64,000 bases of DNA from a virus (taxonomy: Duplodnaviria > Heunggongvirae > Uroviricota > Caudoviricetes), in IMG/VR virus record IMGVR_UViG_3300043451_000039, positions 64,001 through 128,000 of that record, one strand, 5' to 3'. Under the pieces are notes generated by a model. That model worked only from the letters and a program-made list of their open reading frames with translations. It did not search any database and was not told the DNA's origin. Positions 49,767 through 59,573 of the stretch are shown one piece after another. A program made the position numbers and the translations under genes. Each line of letters begins with the position of its first letter. The stretch's first letter is position 1.

Positions 49767-50231
49767 TTACCAGCTGGACTGGTAGTAAAAATCACATTTC
49801 TTAAGAGCCTCATCATTAAGGATCTTTTTCAGACGATCAGCAGTGTGCTTGATATCCTGCATATACCATTCGTCATATTCGGTTGAGCCAAAGAAGAAAC
49901 CAGACGCAGTAGGCAAATTCTCTCTTGCTTTCTTAGGGTCAGCGATAATCGCTTCGCACAGTTCCATCAGTTCCTGAAGTTTATCACGAGGGATAAAGGT
50001 TTCTTGGCACTCATCAACGCCATCCTGGCAATTATCAACGAACCACTGATGGATTGCGTTTGCTTTACGCCAGTAGGCAATACGGAAAGTTACCTCTTGC
50101 GCACCATAATCACCATCTTCTTCGCCAACGAGACCAAAGATATCGTTGATGGCATTAATCTTGCCAGTGTCCTCAGCGTCAAAATACTTAGACAAATATT
50201 TCTTAGCCGACAAGTACATATCTAAACCCAT
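49767..50231 (-). CDS. Conserved hypothetical phage protein
   Basis: 'MGLDMYL...YWRKANAIHQWFV...LPT.SGFFFGSTEYDEWY...YYQSSW'. Confidence 0.7.
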   Translation of the reverse strand: MGLDMYLSAKKYLSKYFDAEDTGKINAINDIFGLVGEEDGDYGAQEVTFRIAYWRKANAIHQWFVDNCQDGVDECQETFIPRDKLQELMELCEAIIADPKKARENLPTASGFFFGSTEYDEWYMQDIKHTADRLKKILNDEALKKCDFYYQSSW

Positions 50232-50232
50232 G

Positions 50233-50436
50233 TTACTCTCCTTCGTAAGTTTCAGAATCACCAAACATTTCGTCATACGAAACGATATCCTCAACGCCAT
50301 CTTCGGCTTCAATTGATTCAATCACATCGTAGACCATCTCAAGAGGGCACTTGAGCAAACCAGCAATAGAAACTGGCTTCAAACCCTCATCATACATTTC
50401 ACGGATCGATAGATCCAACTCTGACATCATACTCAT
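50233..50436 (-). CDS. Small acidic hypothetical protein
   Basis: Probable start MSMMSEL. Confidence 0.5.
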   Translation of the reverse strand: MSMMSELDLSIREMYDEGLKPVSIAGLLKCPLEMVYDVIESIEAEDGVEDIVSYDEMFGDSETYEGE

Positions 50437-50437
50437 A

Positions 50438-50779
50438 TCACCACTCTTTCTTAGAACCTGATTCTTCATTGTAATCGTAACCAGCATGGTACGCTTCAAA
50501 CTCTTCTGGAAACACTGCGTCAATTCTTGGACCAGAAAAACCACCTACACCACCACGATGCGGATCGCGAGGGCGACCATAGTAGGAATCAGCCGAACCA
50601 CGATCAAAGAACGAACCATGTTGCTTGTCGTATTCTTCAATCTTATCTTCGTATTCTTGTTGCTCACGATCAACCAACTCATTGAACGCACGAGCAAAGT
50701 TTTCAATAGAACCGAAGTTCTCGATCACCAGTTGGCTAACACTGCGAACAACTTCATCTTGTGTCATAATTTTACTCAT
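50438..50779 (-). CDS. Hypothetical protein
   Basis: 'HGSFFDRGSADSYYGR..DPH...Y.AGY..NE....KKEW'. Confidence 0.6.
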   Translation of the reverse strand: MSKIMTQDEVVRSVSQLVIENFGSIENFARAFNELVDREQQEYEDKIEEYDKQHGSFFDRGSADSYYGRPRDPHRGGVGGFSGPRIDAVFPEEFEAYHAGYDYNEESGSKKEW

Positions 50780-50780
50780 T

Positions 50781-50972
50781 TCAAACCCTTTCAATACGAG
50801 CACGCCAGAAATAGTCAGGGGTGCCACCTTCTTCCCAATGTTTTGCGTATTTCTCTGCTTCTTCTATGGTAGTGAAATACTTTGTATCATTGTCATCAGT
50901 TCTTTGTCCCCAACCACGCTCATACTCAGTAACAGTAACTTTGTAGACACCATTCAACTTGACTTCAGCCAT
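50781..50972 (-). CDS. Hypothetical protein
   Basis: SD AGGAGG before MAEVKL. Confidence 0.6.
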   Translation of the reverse strand: MAEVKLNGVYKVTVTEYERGWGQRTDDNDTKYFTTIEEAEKYAKHWEEGGTPDYFWRARIERV

Positions 50973-50983
50973 AGAACCTCCTA

Positions 50984-51880
50984 TTAAGCAGTCAACATAT
51001 AAGTTGCGAGGTCTTTCCAATCTTTATTGGAAGCACGAACCTTGGCAACAGCGATCAAAGTGCGGAGAGAGATTTCCTTCACGTCGTCTTTGATAGCACG
51101 AATCAGAGCGAGAGCATCGGCTTTGACATCAGCATCGTACTCAGGCAAGAACTCATCAGATTTCGCGATGTATTCCATACGGTCAATCTTCTGGTTGGTA
51201 GTCATAGACAAGTCAATCATCATAGAACGACTACGGATCGCTTGGTCGATTTTATCTTGGCTCATGTTAGAGATGAAGATAACACGACCTTCGAAGTTGA
51301 ATGACTTAGGCAGATCGTCGTCACGCATATCTGCGTTCCAGGTAATGATACGCTTACCGTAGGAATCCAACGCACCCTTGAGCAAGTTCAAAGCAACTGG
51401 ATCTTTGAGAACAGCATCGCAGTCATCGAACACAATGATAGACTTATTGTTTTCGAACAGGGTACGATACAAACCTTTGGCAGTAGAGTAACCTTTGACG
51501 AAAGTAAAGCATTTACGAGTATTGATCACAGAACCAACTTGGAAGTCAGCGAGGTCAGAGATATCTTTGTAGCCATTGGCTTCGAGGGTTTTGGTAACAG
51601 TGTAAGTCTTACCGAGACCACCTTCACCAGTGATCACTGCAGAGGGCTGAACGCCAGCAGCAACCATGTTAACCAATTTCTCAACGAAACCGAAACGAGT
51701 GTTGATATCGAAACGCTCAGATTTCTCTTCGAATGCTTTCTGGGCTTCAACGATGGTACCAGACATCTCAGCGAGACGAGCCTTAACAGCAGATTCGTAC
51801 TTAGAACGAACAACAACTTTACCATCAACAGAACCGACAAACTTACCAGAAGCAGAGTCAAAGGAGATCAGAGTTTTCAT
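50984..51880 (-). CDS. P-loop/AAA ATPase
   Basis: Walker A 'GEGGLGKT', Walker B 'IIVFDDCD', 'VIFISN', 'AIRSRS'. Confidence 0.8.
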   Translation of the reverse strand: MKTLISFDSASGKFVGSVDGKVVVRSKYESAVKARLAEMSGTIVEAQKAFEEKSERFDINTRFGFVEKLVNMVAAGVQPSAVITGEGGLGKTYTVTKTLEANGYKDISDLADFQVGSVINTRKCFTFVKGYSTAKGLYRTLFENNKSIIVFDDCDAVLKDPVALNLLKGALDSYGKRIITWNADMRDDDLPKSFNFEGRVIFISNMSQDKIDQAIRSRSMMIDLSMTTNQKIDRMEYIAKSDEFLPEYDADVKADALALIRAIKDDVKEISLRTLIAVAKVRASNKDWKDLATYMLTA

Positions 51881-51909
51881 ATTATCACTTTCAATCAATT
51901 TATGCATAT

Positions 51910-52113
51910 AGTTTACATCAGAATCAGATTAAAGTAAAGGGATTTTTGTAATCCCCTCACTTTTGTAGGGTTATCCTTACTTCAGATCCTTTTCAACTTT
52001 CATACAGATATTATACATCAGGGGTAGATGAAAGTAAAGCGATTTTTGACTGTGAAAAAAGCCTTCTAAATCAATAACTTACGAGTGTGAAAAACCCTAC
52101 AATACGTAGGGTT
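51910..52113 (-). promoter_or_regulatory. Tandem early promoters, each with an upstream palindromic element
   Basis: TTTACT-N17-TAAACT (51938-51910) and TTTACT-N17-TATAAT (52038-52010); AACCCTAC-N5-GTAGGGTT at 52093-52113. Confidence 0.8.
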
Positions 52114-52332
52114 ATCTGTTTTAGGGGTATAGGGGTGTTTACTTTGGTTTACGAATTCTGTTTCTGTATTCTCTCGAATTCCTCATCCTCAGCCCTAGCA
52201 TCATCAACATCCTTTGGATCGGGCTTCTCTTTTGTCCAATCCATGGCGTCGGCTTCGGAGTCGAAGAAGGGACTTACCATTTGTCCATGTTCGTTCTTCC
52301 AGAAGTAGGTATACGTAGGCATACCAATGTCT

Positions 52333-52599
52333 CTATACTTGATCAGTTCCAGTTTCATTTTGCAAGCAGTCCTCAGTGGAAAGGATATCCTGATGTTCTT
52401 GTTTATCAGTACCTGTGTTGTTTTCCATTCGTGCTTTTGTCTCTGCTGCAAGACGAGCAAAGAACTCAGCATTTTCTTTCTGTTTCTGGAGCCTTCGTTC
52501 TTCTGCTCCATTACCAAATATTCGAGTCATGTTATCTGCGAACTCTTCCTTTGATACAGTAAATGGTCTTGGCTTATCGCCTTTGCCTCCGTCACTCAT
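52333..52599 (-). CDS. Conserved hypothetical phage protein
   Basis: 'MSDGGKGDKPRP..VS.EEF..N..RIFG'. Confidence 0.6.
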   Translation of the reverse strand: MSDGGKGDKPRPFTVSKEEFADNMTRIFGNGAEERRLQKQKENAEFFARLAAETKARMENNTGTDKQEHQDILSTEDCLQNETGTDQV

Positions 52600-52886
52600 C
52601 CGTATGTCCTTAAAAGTTTTACTTGATTGTCTGGTGCTACATAAGCACGAGCAACGATTGTTGTATTGCCAGTGATGTAGTCTTTTGCTTGGTTAATCTC
52701 TACAAGTTTGTCATTGATCATTTGTTGAGCAATGGCAGCAGTCAATTTTAATCTCATGGCTTCACGAGCATCTTCATCACTCATGTGATGCATCATAACC
52801 TCTTCACTCACTACGATTTTGGCTCCAATCATTTTGCCACCAATGGCATAACTCTTTACATCAATGTCGATATCATCGCGCATCAT
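52596..52886 (-). CDS. Hypothetical protein
   Basis: ORF track; coupled to Acb1-like gene. Confidence 0.55.
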   Translation of the reverse strand: MMRDDIDIDVKSYAIGGKMIGAKIVVSEEVMMHHMSDEDAREAMRLKLTAAIAQQMINDKLVEINQAKDYITGNTTIVARAYVAPDNQVKLLRTYG

Positions 52887-53386
52887 TTGTTCTCTGGAGT
52901 AAACAATGGATCTAGTGGTGCCACATTCAGCTTATCAAAAACCAACTGGAACTGCGGTACTGGAAGAGTAGCAGGATCGATATCCTGACTCATGTCATAT
53001 GCCAATGTACAATGCGCTTTGTATTCAGCATAGTCGCTTGTTGCGCCTTCTTTCGACAACTGAGCATTTAGTTTAGTTGCGTAAGGACAAACCAAACGCA
53101 TCACCAAACACTTACCATCATTCTTTGTAGGGAATACTTCATAGCCAGTTACCATTGCTTCAACAGGCAATGTAGAGTTCATATGAAGATAGTTCTCAGC
53201 TGATGGCACTGGAGTGCGTGAATAGATTACCGTGATGTGGTATGTTTTTGGATCAACTCGTTCAGTCAATCCAAGATTCATCTCAACAAAGTTATCTAAC
53301 AACTTACGAGATTCTTCGCTCATCTCCAACGAAACATAGGTTCCATCTTTATGTTTAGCGTATTGTGTCAGTGACATGAGTGTCAT
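52883..53386 (-). CDS. acb1: 2H phosphodiesterase, T4 57B/Acb1-like (anti-CBASS candidate)
   Basis: 'GTYVS...', 'HITVIYSR.PVP', 'GATSDY.EY.AHCTLAY': two HxT motifs in the T4 57B layout. Confidence 0.75.
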   Translation of the reverse strand: MTLMSLTQYAKHKDGTYVSLEMSEESRKLLDNFVEMNLGLTERVDPKTYHITVIYSRTPVPSAENYLHMNSTLPVEAMVTGYEVFPTKNDGKCLVMRLVCPYATKLNAQLSKEGATSDYAEYKAHCTLAYDMSQDIDPATLPVPQFQLVFDKLNVAPLDPLFTPENK

Positions 53387-53511
53387 TTTTTAAACCATTT
53401 CTTTACTACTTGTAACAAATTATAGAAACGCATTTGATGCTGCGTTCTGTTTGGGCAATATCTGCCTTGTTGGCATAGGTTATCACAACAGTATCTATCT
53501 TTCATAATAAA

Positions 53512-53540
53512 ATTATACCTTAATAATTAATGCAAAGCAA
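53512..53540 (-). promoter_or_regulatory. Sigma70-type promoter
   Basis: TTGCTT-N17-TATAAT. Confidence 0.7.
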
Positions 53541-53541
53541 A

Positions 53542-53742
53542 TTATCCGCCACGTCCTGCAGCACGCTTTACTGGTTTGTTAACAATGTTGTTAACTGCGC
53601 CTTTGACAAGTTTTGTCGCCTCAGACTTACTCATACCTTTTGATTGCAATGTTTTCTTCGCCTTCTTCTTTGCACGCTTCAATAATCTATCAGCATGCCA
53701 TTTCTCAGCAAATGCACTTGGTTGTTTCTTTTCTTCAGTCAT
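53542..53742 (-). CDS. Small basic hypothetical protein
   Basis: Lys-rich, ends 'KRAAGRGG'. Confidence 0.55.
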   Translation of the reverse strand: MTEEKKQPSAFAEKWHADRLLKRAKKKAKKTLQSKGMSKSEATKLVKGAVNNIVNKPVKRAAGRGG

Positions 53743-53743
53743 A

Positions 53744-54313
53744 TCATTTCTCCTGTAAAATACTCATCATTGAGTCGCTAAAATTTTCATATGCCATATT
53801 CCATGAGACTATGGTTTTTCTGTGCTCATTAACCTTTGGCGCTTTATGTATAAGGTAACTTGGGAAGATTAGGATATCTCCTTCCTTTACATCGGCTTCC
53901 ATTACTTCATGCGTCATTGGACATAACAACTGAGTCTTTGGGGAACCTTCTGGGAATTCCAAATAGTAAACACCAGTAAATGTATTTCCATGATGATGCC
54001 AGCCATGATAGTTCTTAACATTATATTGCTGGAACCACATATCAGTGATCAAAGGATCTTTGAACCCATACTCATTGCCAATAATCTGTAATTGATTAAC
54101 TATCACAGGCGCAAGGATCTTTATCCAATCTCTGGAAAAATCGCTACTGCGTTCCCAATCTAGTCCATCCAATGATATCGATATCTGAGATGAGTTCTCT
54201 GGTTGTATTGATTGGTTGTTTGATTCGATAATCTTTGATAGAACTATATCGCGCAGAGAACTATGCTCTGGTAGAACATCTATTGTGTAGAATGATTTTA
54301 AATTATATCTCAT
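53744..54313 (-). CDS. 2OG-Fe(II) oxygenase-like (TIGR02466-type)
   Basis: WHHH...FTGVYY...IFPSYLIHKA...RKTIVSWN. Confidence 0.8.
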   Translation of the reverse strand: MRYNLKSFYTIDVLPEHSSLRDIVLSKIIESNNQSIQPENSSQISISLDGLDWERSSDFSRDWIKILAPVIVNQLQIIGNEYGFKDPLITDMWFQQYNVKNYHGWHHHGNTFTGVYYLEFPEGSPKTQLLCPMTHEVMEADVKEGDILIFPSYLIHKAPKVNEHRKTIVSWNMAYENFSDSMMSILQEK

Positions 54314-55962
54314 TTACTCACCAACAAATTCTTTTCTGGTAAGTATAGATAGTTCAACTCAGACTTGGCCAGCGTTTTAATCGCATCATCAATAGTTTCA
54401 ACCATAGGGTCGCCACCAAGATTGAAACTTGTGTTGAACAGAATTGGTACACCAGTTCTTGAATTAAACTCAGAGATTAGATTATAGTAGTGTTCATTCT
54501 GTTCTCTAGTAACAGTTTGAATACGGCATGTGCCATCAACATGGGTAATGGAAGGTATAATCTCTTTCTTATCTTCAAGAACATCAACTGCATACATCAT
54601 GAATGGAGACTCATCAATACCACGCATATCAAAGTATTCATGAACAAATTCTTTCATGATAGTGCCAGCGAATGGGCGATACCATTCTCTATGTTTTACT
54701 CCATTGACAATATCTTTACCATTTTTAACACGTGGGTCGAATAAGATAGAACGATTACCAAGAGCACGTGGACCAGCCTCAGATCTACCTTGATACATCG
54801 CTACAATATTACCATCAATAATTAAATCAATAACATCTTTGTATGTTGCTTCTTTGACGCTGAATGATTCTGGTAGTTTATCTAAGCCATCATATGTTGG
54901 TATTGGTCCAAGGTAATAGTTCTTTTGCGCTGCTGGTTTCTTTCCAGTAATTTGCGCATACGCCAGTTTGGCAGCGCCTACTGAAAGACCACCATCATAT
55001 GCAGGTGGATCAACAAATAACTTTGTTCCTTCAGGTAGGTGTTTGAGGTATTCATAATTTGCTACGCAATTTAAACCATAACCACCAGAGACAACTACAT
55101 TTTTACAACCACTAAGTTCAATCGCCTTTAGAATGTATTCTGTTGCTTTCTGCTCGGTAGCCCTTTGAATTGCCCAACATAAGTTAGCATCATTGTATAG
55201 GTGTTTATTCAAAAGAGCAGGGCATGTCCAGCTACCTTCATCTTCCTCATACGCAAAGAATAGGTTTCTATTTGGGATTTGTTCTCCATCAATTTCTACA
55301 TAGACTGGCGGTATAGAACTATCTTCCTTCCCATATGAAGATAATCCCATTGCTTTACCACACTCAAGCGCAGAATGCCCTAATGATTTTGATAAAGAAT
55401 TATACAACATACCAATTCCTGGATAGCTGACGAACTTAAGAATTCCATCTTGGCTATATGATGTTCTATGATTATGTGGATTGGATGCTACTTTACTTAA
55501 TACTCCAATATCTGCTACGCCAGAGAATTTATAGATACTCTGAATTTCACCACCGTAAGAATTTTCTGATAATCTTAAAGGGCTTCCAGAACCATCCATA
55601 ATAACAACTACAGCTTCATCAAAGCCAGAGTTATAGAATGCGCCAGCAGCATGGTAAGTATGATGTAAAACATTACCATCATAGTTTACAACTTGCTTTG
55701 GTGATGCAATCAATCCTAGTTTTCTAGCATGAGCAATATATGGATTATTACCTATGTCAACTTTCATTTCATAGGGCACAGCAAAATAGTCAAGTTTATC
55801 AGTAAACTCTTTTATTTTAGAAATACCAAGAAACGGCATCTCATCATACTTTCTTCTTGATAGTCGTTCTTCTTCAATAAGAAATACTATCTCACCATTC
55901 TTAAGTAAGCATGTTGATGAATTGTGACCAGTAGTTATACCAGCAATCCAAATATCATTCAT
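54310..55962 (-). CDS. Carbamoyltransferase (NodU/CmcH/TobZ family)
   Basis: 'GHNSS..LL.NG..V..IEEERLSR.K', 'HH.YHA..AFY.SGF', 'SGGYGLNCVAN', 'GRSEAGPRALGNRSIL', 'HVDGTCRIQTV', 'NTSFN'. Confidence 0.93.
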   Translation of the reverse strand: MNDIWIAGITTGHNSSTCLLKNGEIVFLIEEERLSRRKYDEMPFLGISKIKEFTDKLDYFAVPYEMKVDIGNNPYIAHARKLGLIASPKQVVNYDGNVLHHTYHAAGAFYNSGFDEAVVVIMDGSGSPLRLSENSYGGEIQSIYKFSGVADIGVLSKVASNPHNHRTSYSQDGILKFVSYPGIGMLYNSLSKSLGHSALECGKAMGLSSYGKEDSSIPPVYVEIDGEQIPNRNLFFAYEEDEGSWTCPALLNKHLYNDANLCWAIQRATEQKATEYILKAIELSGCKNVVVSGGYGLNCVANYEYLKHLPEGTKLFVDPPAYDGGLSVGAAKLAYAQITGKKPAAQKNYYLGPIPTYDGLDKLPESFSVKEATYKDVIDLIIDGNIVAMYQGRSEAGPRALGNRSILFDPRVKNGKDIVNGVKHREWYRPFAGTIMKEFVHEYFDMRGIDESPFMMYAVDVLEDKKEIIPSITHVDGTCRIQTVTREQNEHYYNLISEFNSRTGVPILFNTSFNLGGDPMVETIDDAIKTLAKSELNYLYLPEKNLLVSK

Positions 55963-56558
55963 TTTTTCTTCCCACCAAAAACAAAATTAATAACTGTTCT
56001 GGATTCATTTGCTATTGGATTAGAGGACGCATGGAATCTTTTTGACTCGAACAAAACGATTCTACCTTTCTTTGGAGCAACTCTTTGAGCGATAGTAAGT
56101 TTTTCTGGCAAAGGTGAATTCTTATCATAGAACTCATTAAATAAAACAGTTTCACCATCAGAATCAGAAACATAATATACCATTGTAAATGTATTATTAC
56201 CTTCAGTATCATCTGGATGAGGGATATTATAATACCCAGAATACTTTTCATCAATTCTTAACATCTTGTTGAATTTGATTCTAAGATACTGATGAACTTC
56301 AACAGGTATCATTTGTTCAATTTCTAACAACATAGGTTTCATAAAAATAAAATATTCATTAAATTTTAAATGAATTGGAGCCTCTGTGTGAACAAGTGGG
56401 CATGTTAGATGTCCAACATCAATAATCTTGTCATCTTTCCAGTCATCAAAATTTAATACAGTTTTATTGTTCCAGAAATACTGAATATAAAATTCAGAAT
56501 CTCGTTCAATTTGATCAGCATATGATTTTGGAATAACATCATCAAAAATGTGTATCAT
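55959..56558 (-). CDS. 2OG-Fe(II) oxygenase
   Basis: PHPD...VYYV.DSDGET...PKKGR...FHAS...RTVINF. Confidence 0.85.
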   Translation of the reverse strand: MIHIFDDVIPKSYADQIERDSEFYIQYFWNNKTVLNFDDWKDDKIIDVGHLTCPLVHTEAPIHLKFNEYFIFMKPMLLEIEQMIPVEVHQYLRIKFNKMLRIDEKYSGYYNIPHPDDTEGNNTFTMVYYVSDSDGETVLFNEFYDKNSPLPEKLTIAQRVAPKKGRIVLFESKRFHASSNPIANESRTVINFVFGGKKK

Positions 56559-57256
56559 TATCCTTCTCCTCCACCCATATGTCTAATCATATTTTCATTG
56601 TCTTTATCTTCTAGAACCTTAATCCAATCTTCATACATCCTATGGATGTTAGAAACAATCAATACTCGCTCTTGATACACTGGTTTATGGTAGTCAGTTG
56701 GTTCAATGAAGTGAATCAGATATCCTGGACTCACAACCATCATACCTTCTTCGAGTCGGAGTCGTTTGAATGGACTGAATTGGTTGGTCCAGTTAACACC
56801 ACCACGTGGGTCAATGAATACCATATTACCTGGATTATCATTGTTCAGTTTAATGTAGAATACACCAACACCAAGAGTTGAACCATGTTGATGCGGTGTG
56901 ATTCGATACTCTACATTTGGATGGATGTGACGGAAATAACCCTTAGCAATACGCATAGGTGGTAGTGGCATTTCAGAATGGAGTGTTAATGTCTTTTCAG
57001 CTAATTCCAATTTCTTCTTCTGAACTTCTAACATAGTATCTGGTAGATCAGGCAGATCCCAAACATTAACGCTGTTTTTCTGCGCACGTGGAAGAACATA
57101 CTTGAATACATCTTCCTTCAACTTCTCAATGAAGTCTTGGCTAAATGGACGTGAAACACCGATTGGTGTTGACCACAATTGATGAATATTTTCTTGTTCT
57201 GGGCAGCTGAGTACTGTCTTTTTACCTGAGTCCGTCATTTCCATATTGTTTGACAT
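56558..57256 (-). CDS. 2OG-Fe(II) oxygenase-like (TIGR02466-type)
   Basis: PHQH...GVFYI...FIDPRG...PGYLIHF...RVLIVSN. Confidence 0.75.
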   Translation of the reverse strand: MSNNMEMTDSGKKTVLSCPEQENIHQLWSTPIGVSRPFSQDFIEKLKEDVFKYVLPRAQKNSVNVWDLPDLPDTMLEVQKKKLELAEKTLTLHSEMPLPPMRIAKGYFRHIHPNVEYRITPHQHGSTLGVGVFYIKLNNDNPGNMVFIDPRGGVNWTNQFSPFKRLRLEEGMMVVSPGYLIHFIEPTDYHKPVYQERVLIVSNIHRMYEDWIKVLEDKDNENMIRHMGGGEG

Positions 57257-57993
57257 TATCTTTTCCTAATTCTAAAAACTATACCATAACGCATCTGCTC
57301 TGCCCATGGTGATGTTGGTTTTGTTGTGTGAAGAGTTCTACCATCATAAAGGATAACTCTACCTGCTTTTGGCGCAACAAGCGCAAATGGCTCACCTACA
57401 CCGAAACCTCTTGACTGTCCAAAACCTCTTTGGAACTGTTGATTGTCTCCTGTAGTATCATCATCAGAATAGAAAATATTTTCTGCCATCCAAGTAGGAT
57501 ACCAATCAAGGTTTGCGATGTATAGTAATGTAAAGTGTTTGTCGTTATCTAACTCTATGGTATCTCTATGTATTCCATGAGATCGCTTAATAGTTTCACT
57601 TGGTTGAGCATTGACATAAACTCTGGCAAGACGCATTGGCTTCACAGCCATGCCCTCTGGATCTCCATCAATGATGAATTGATTACCAAGTTTGGAGTTT
57701 ATTTCTTCCCACAGTTCAAGTATAACAGGATGTTCTTGTTGAAGTTCATACTCATCTGCTCCAAAAATACATCTATGCATGTATTGATTATTAACAGAAG
57801 GTAATGTGTCATCAAGATATTCTTTTTTATTGTCTATTGGTCTATAGAAAATTTGATGCCCTGGATCTGGGTATGGGATATCTTTACGAGTTGCGTGGTA
57901 TTCTTGTTTCTGAACATAGTCCCAAACCCTCCATCGAAGGTCATCATTAACTATATCATCGAACGCTTGTACACTATATGTTTTCATAACCAC
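57256..57993 (-). CDS. 2OG-Fe(II) oxygenase
   Basis: IHRD...TLLY...PKAGRVILYDG.TLH...RYGIVF. Confidence 0.82.
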   Translation of the reverse strand: MVMKTYSVQAFDDIVNDDLRWRVWDYVQKQEYHATRKDIPYPDPGHQIFYRPIDNKKEYLDDTLPSVNNQYMHRCIFGADEYELQQEHPVILELWEEINSKLGNQFIIDGDPEGMAVKPMRLARVYVNAQPSETIKRSHGIHRDTIELDNDKHFTLLYIANLDWYPTWMAENIFYSDDDTTGDNQQFQRGFGQSRGFGVGEPFALVAPKAGRVILYDGRTLHTTKPTSPWAEQMRYGIVFRIRKR

Positions 57994-58640
57994 TCAGCAA
58001 AGAAATATTGATTTAGAACTTTTTTATTTTTGTATGTTTGCGCATGGAGAGTGCCACCTTTCCACGATACCATTCTATTATACACGTTCTTAACCTCGCA
58101 AGTCAAATCGAAGTTGTTATCATGTTGCATGCGCATTTCTTTGAATTGTTCAAGTGTGATTTTACCTGCTCTATACAGTTCGCCTGGAATTGTGTATTCA
58201 TCAATACAATGTTTGACTACCTCTTGATCATTCCAGTTTACATGGGGTTTGAATTTATGAATAGAAACAACACCATCTGGATTTGGATTTTTAGTCAGAA
58301 GAATTTGCCCACAAAATGCTAATCTATATTCTTCAACAGTAGCCCTACATACATCAGGGTTCTTTCCATCCATATGAATTGTTGATGTATTAAAAATATC
58401 ATCAGTATCATTATAGAAGTGTTCCATGAAGAAGATATTCATCTTAACTGCTCGTGGGTCTACTCCATGGATATTACATAATCCATTCTTAACTTGGGTG
58501 AATAGGTTTGAATCTAGTTGCTGTAAATCAATGCTTCTTGCGCCAGTTCCACAACCAACGATTGGAAAATCATTTACAAGTTTCAGTATGACTTCTGGAT
58601 CATCATAGAAATTATCAAGAACCTTGATATCTGTTATCAT
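57984..58640 (-). CDS. 2OG-Fe(II) oxygenase-like (DUF6445-like)
   Basis: 'VLDNFYDDP', IHMD, 'NVYNRMV.WKGGTLHA'. Confidence 0.72.
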   Translation of the reverse strand: MITDIKVLDNFYDDPEVILKLVNDFPIVGCGTGARSIDLQQLDSNLFTQVKNGLCNIHGVDPRAVKMNIFFMEHFYNDTDDIFNTSTIHMDGKNPDVCRATVEEYRLAFCGQILLTKNPNPDGVVSIHKFKPHVNWNDQEVVKHCIDEYTIPGELYRAGKITLEQFKEMRMQHDNNFDLTCEVKNVYNRMVSWKGGTLHAQTYKNKKVLNQYFFAEWL

Positions 58641-58993
58641 AGTTTATCAATCTTTAATTTAGTTTCTCTCTGTTCGTATTTATACCGATTAAACCATTCC
58701 TTATGTATCTTAATAGAGAAATCTACTTTGTTATTTTTAATGTATTGGTAAAGATCTTTGTATAAAGATGACAACAGATTCAATTCATTCATGTCCCTAT
58801 ACAAGTCATCAACAATGTCATCTTCAATATCTTTAGTCCATATCAAAGATGCTTTCTTACCTTCTATACTGAGAACAACCGATAGATTGTAAATTACTTT
58901 GTTGTCAACTCGAATTGAATCAACACCAATTGAAATTACATCATTTGGAGAAACCTTTGATGCTATGTGTTCTATATTAAGTTCGTGTGCCAT
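58637..58993 (-). CDS. Hypothetical protein within the oxygenase operon
   Basis: ORF track; overlapping starts/stops. Confidence 0.55.
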   Translation of the reverse strand: MAHELNIEHIASKVSPNDVISIGVDSIRVDNKVIYNLSVVLSIEGKKASLIWTKDIEDDIVDDLYRDMNELNLLSSLYKDLYQYIKNNKVDFSIKIHKEWFNRYKYEQRETKLKIDKL

Positions 58994-59573
58994 TTACAAA
59001 AATATTATAGTTGATAACGCATCTGATGTCATTGGATGGTTTACTACCGCAATGGTAGATATCACCATCAAATATGATCATTCTACCTTTTTTAGGATTG
59101 ACTCGTAATCTCTCAGTTAGATTACCATTCATTACATCAGATGTGGGTGTAGTAGTTGATCGTTCATTAAAAATTATTGTGTCGCCATCTGAATCATTAA
59201 CATAGTATAGACAAACTTTGTATGGTCGATCCATATGCGAATCAACATGAACAGAGCCATACTTTTCTTTAGATGGAACTGGCAATTGTAACTGCGCCCT
59301 CATATTGAACAACGCTTCTATGTTATAGTTCAGTTGTCCGCAGAGGGCGATTAATGGTTCATTGTAAAGATTTATGTTATTGTCTAGAACAGTTTCCTGA
59401 AAGATTAAATGGGTAAACCCCATGATACTTTTCTTTGTTTCCTCAGAAACTTCTGCGTTGTTCTTATACGCTATACTTCTTGATAATATCCATCCAGTAT
59501 CAGCCGATAGAAGGGTTTGTTCTATTCTATCCTGAATATCAACTGGGACAACATCATCAAGAATTTCTATCAT
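58977..59573 (-). CDS. 2OG-Fe(II) oxygenase
   Basis: VHVD...LYYVNDSDGDT...PKKGR..IFDG.IYH...RCVINYN. Confidence 0.85.
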   Translation of the reverse strand: MIEILDDVVPVDIQDRIEQTLLSADTGWILSRSIAYKNNAEVSEETKKSIMGFTHLIFQETVLDNNINLYNEPLIALCGQLNYNIEALFNMRAQLQLPVPSKEKYGSVHVDSHMDRPYKVCLYYVNDSDGDTIIFNERSTTTPTSDVMNGNLTERLRVNPKKGRMIIFDGDIYHCGSKPSNDIRCVINYNIFVNGTRT

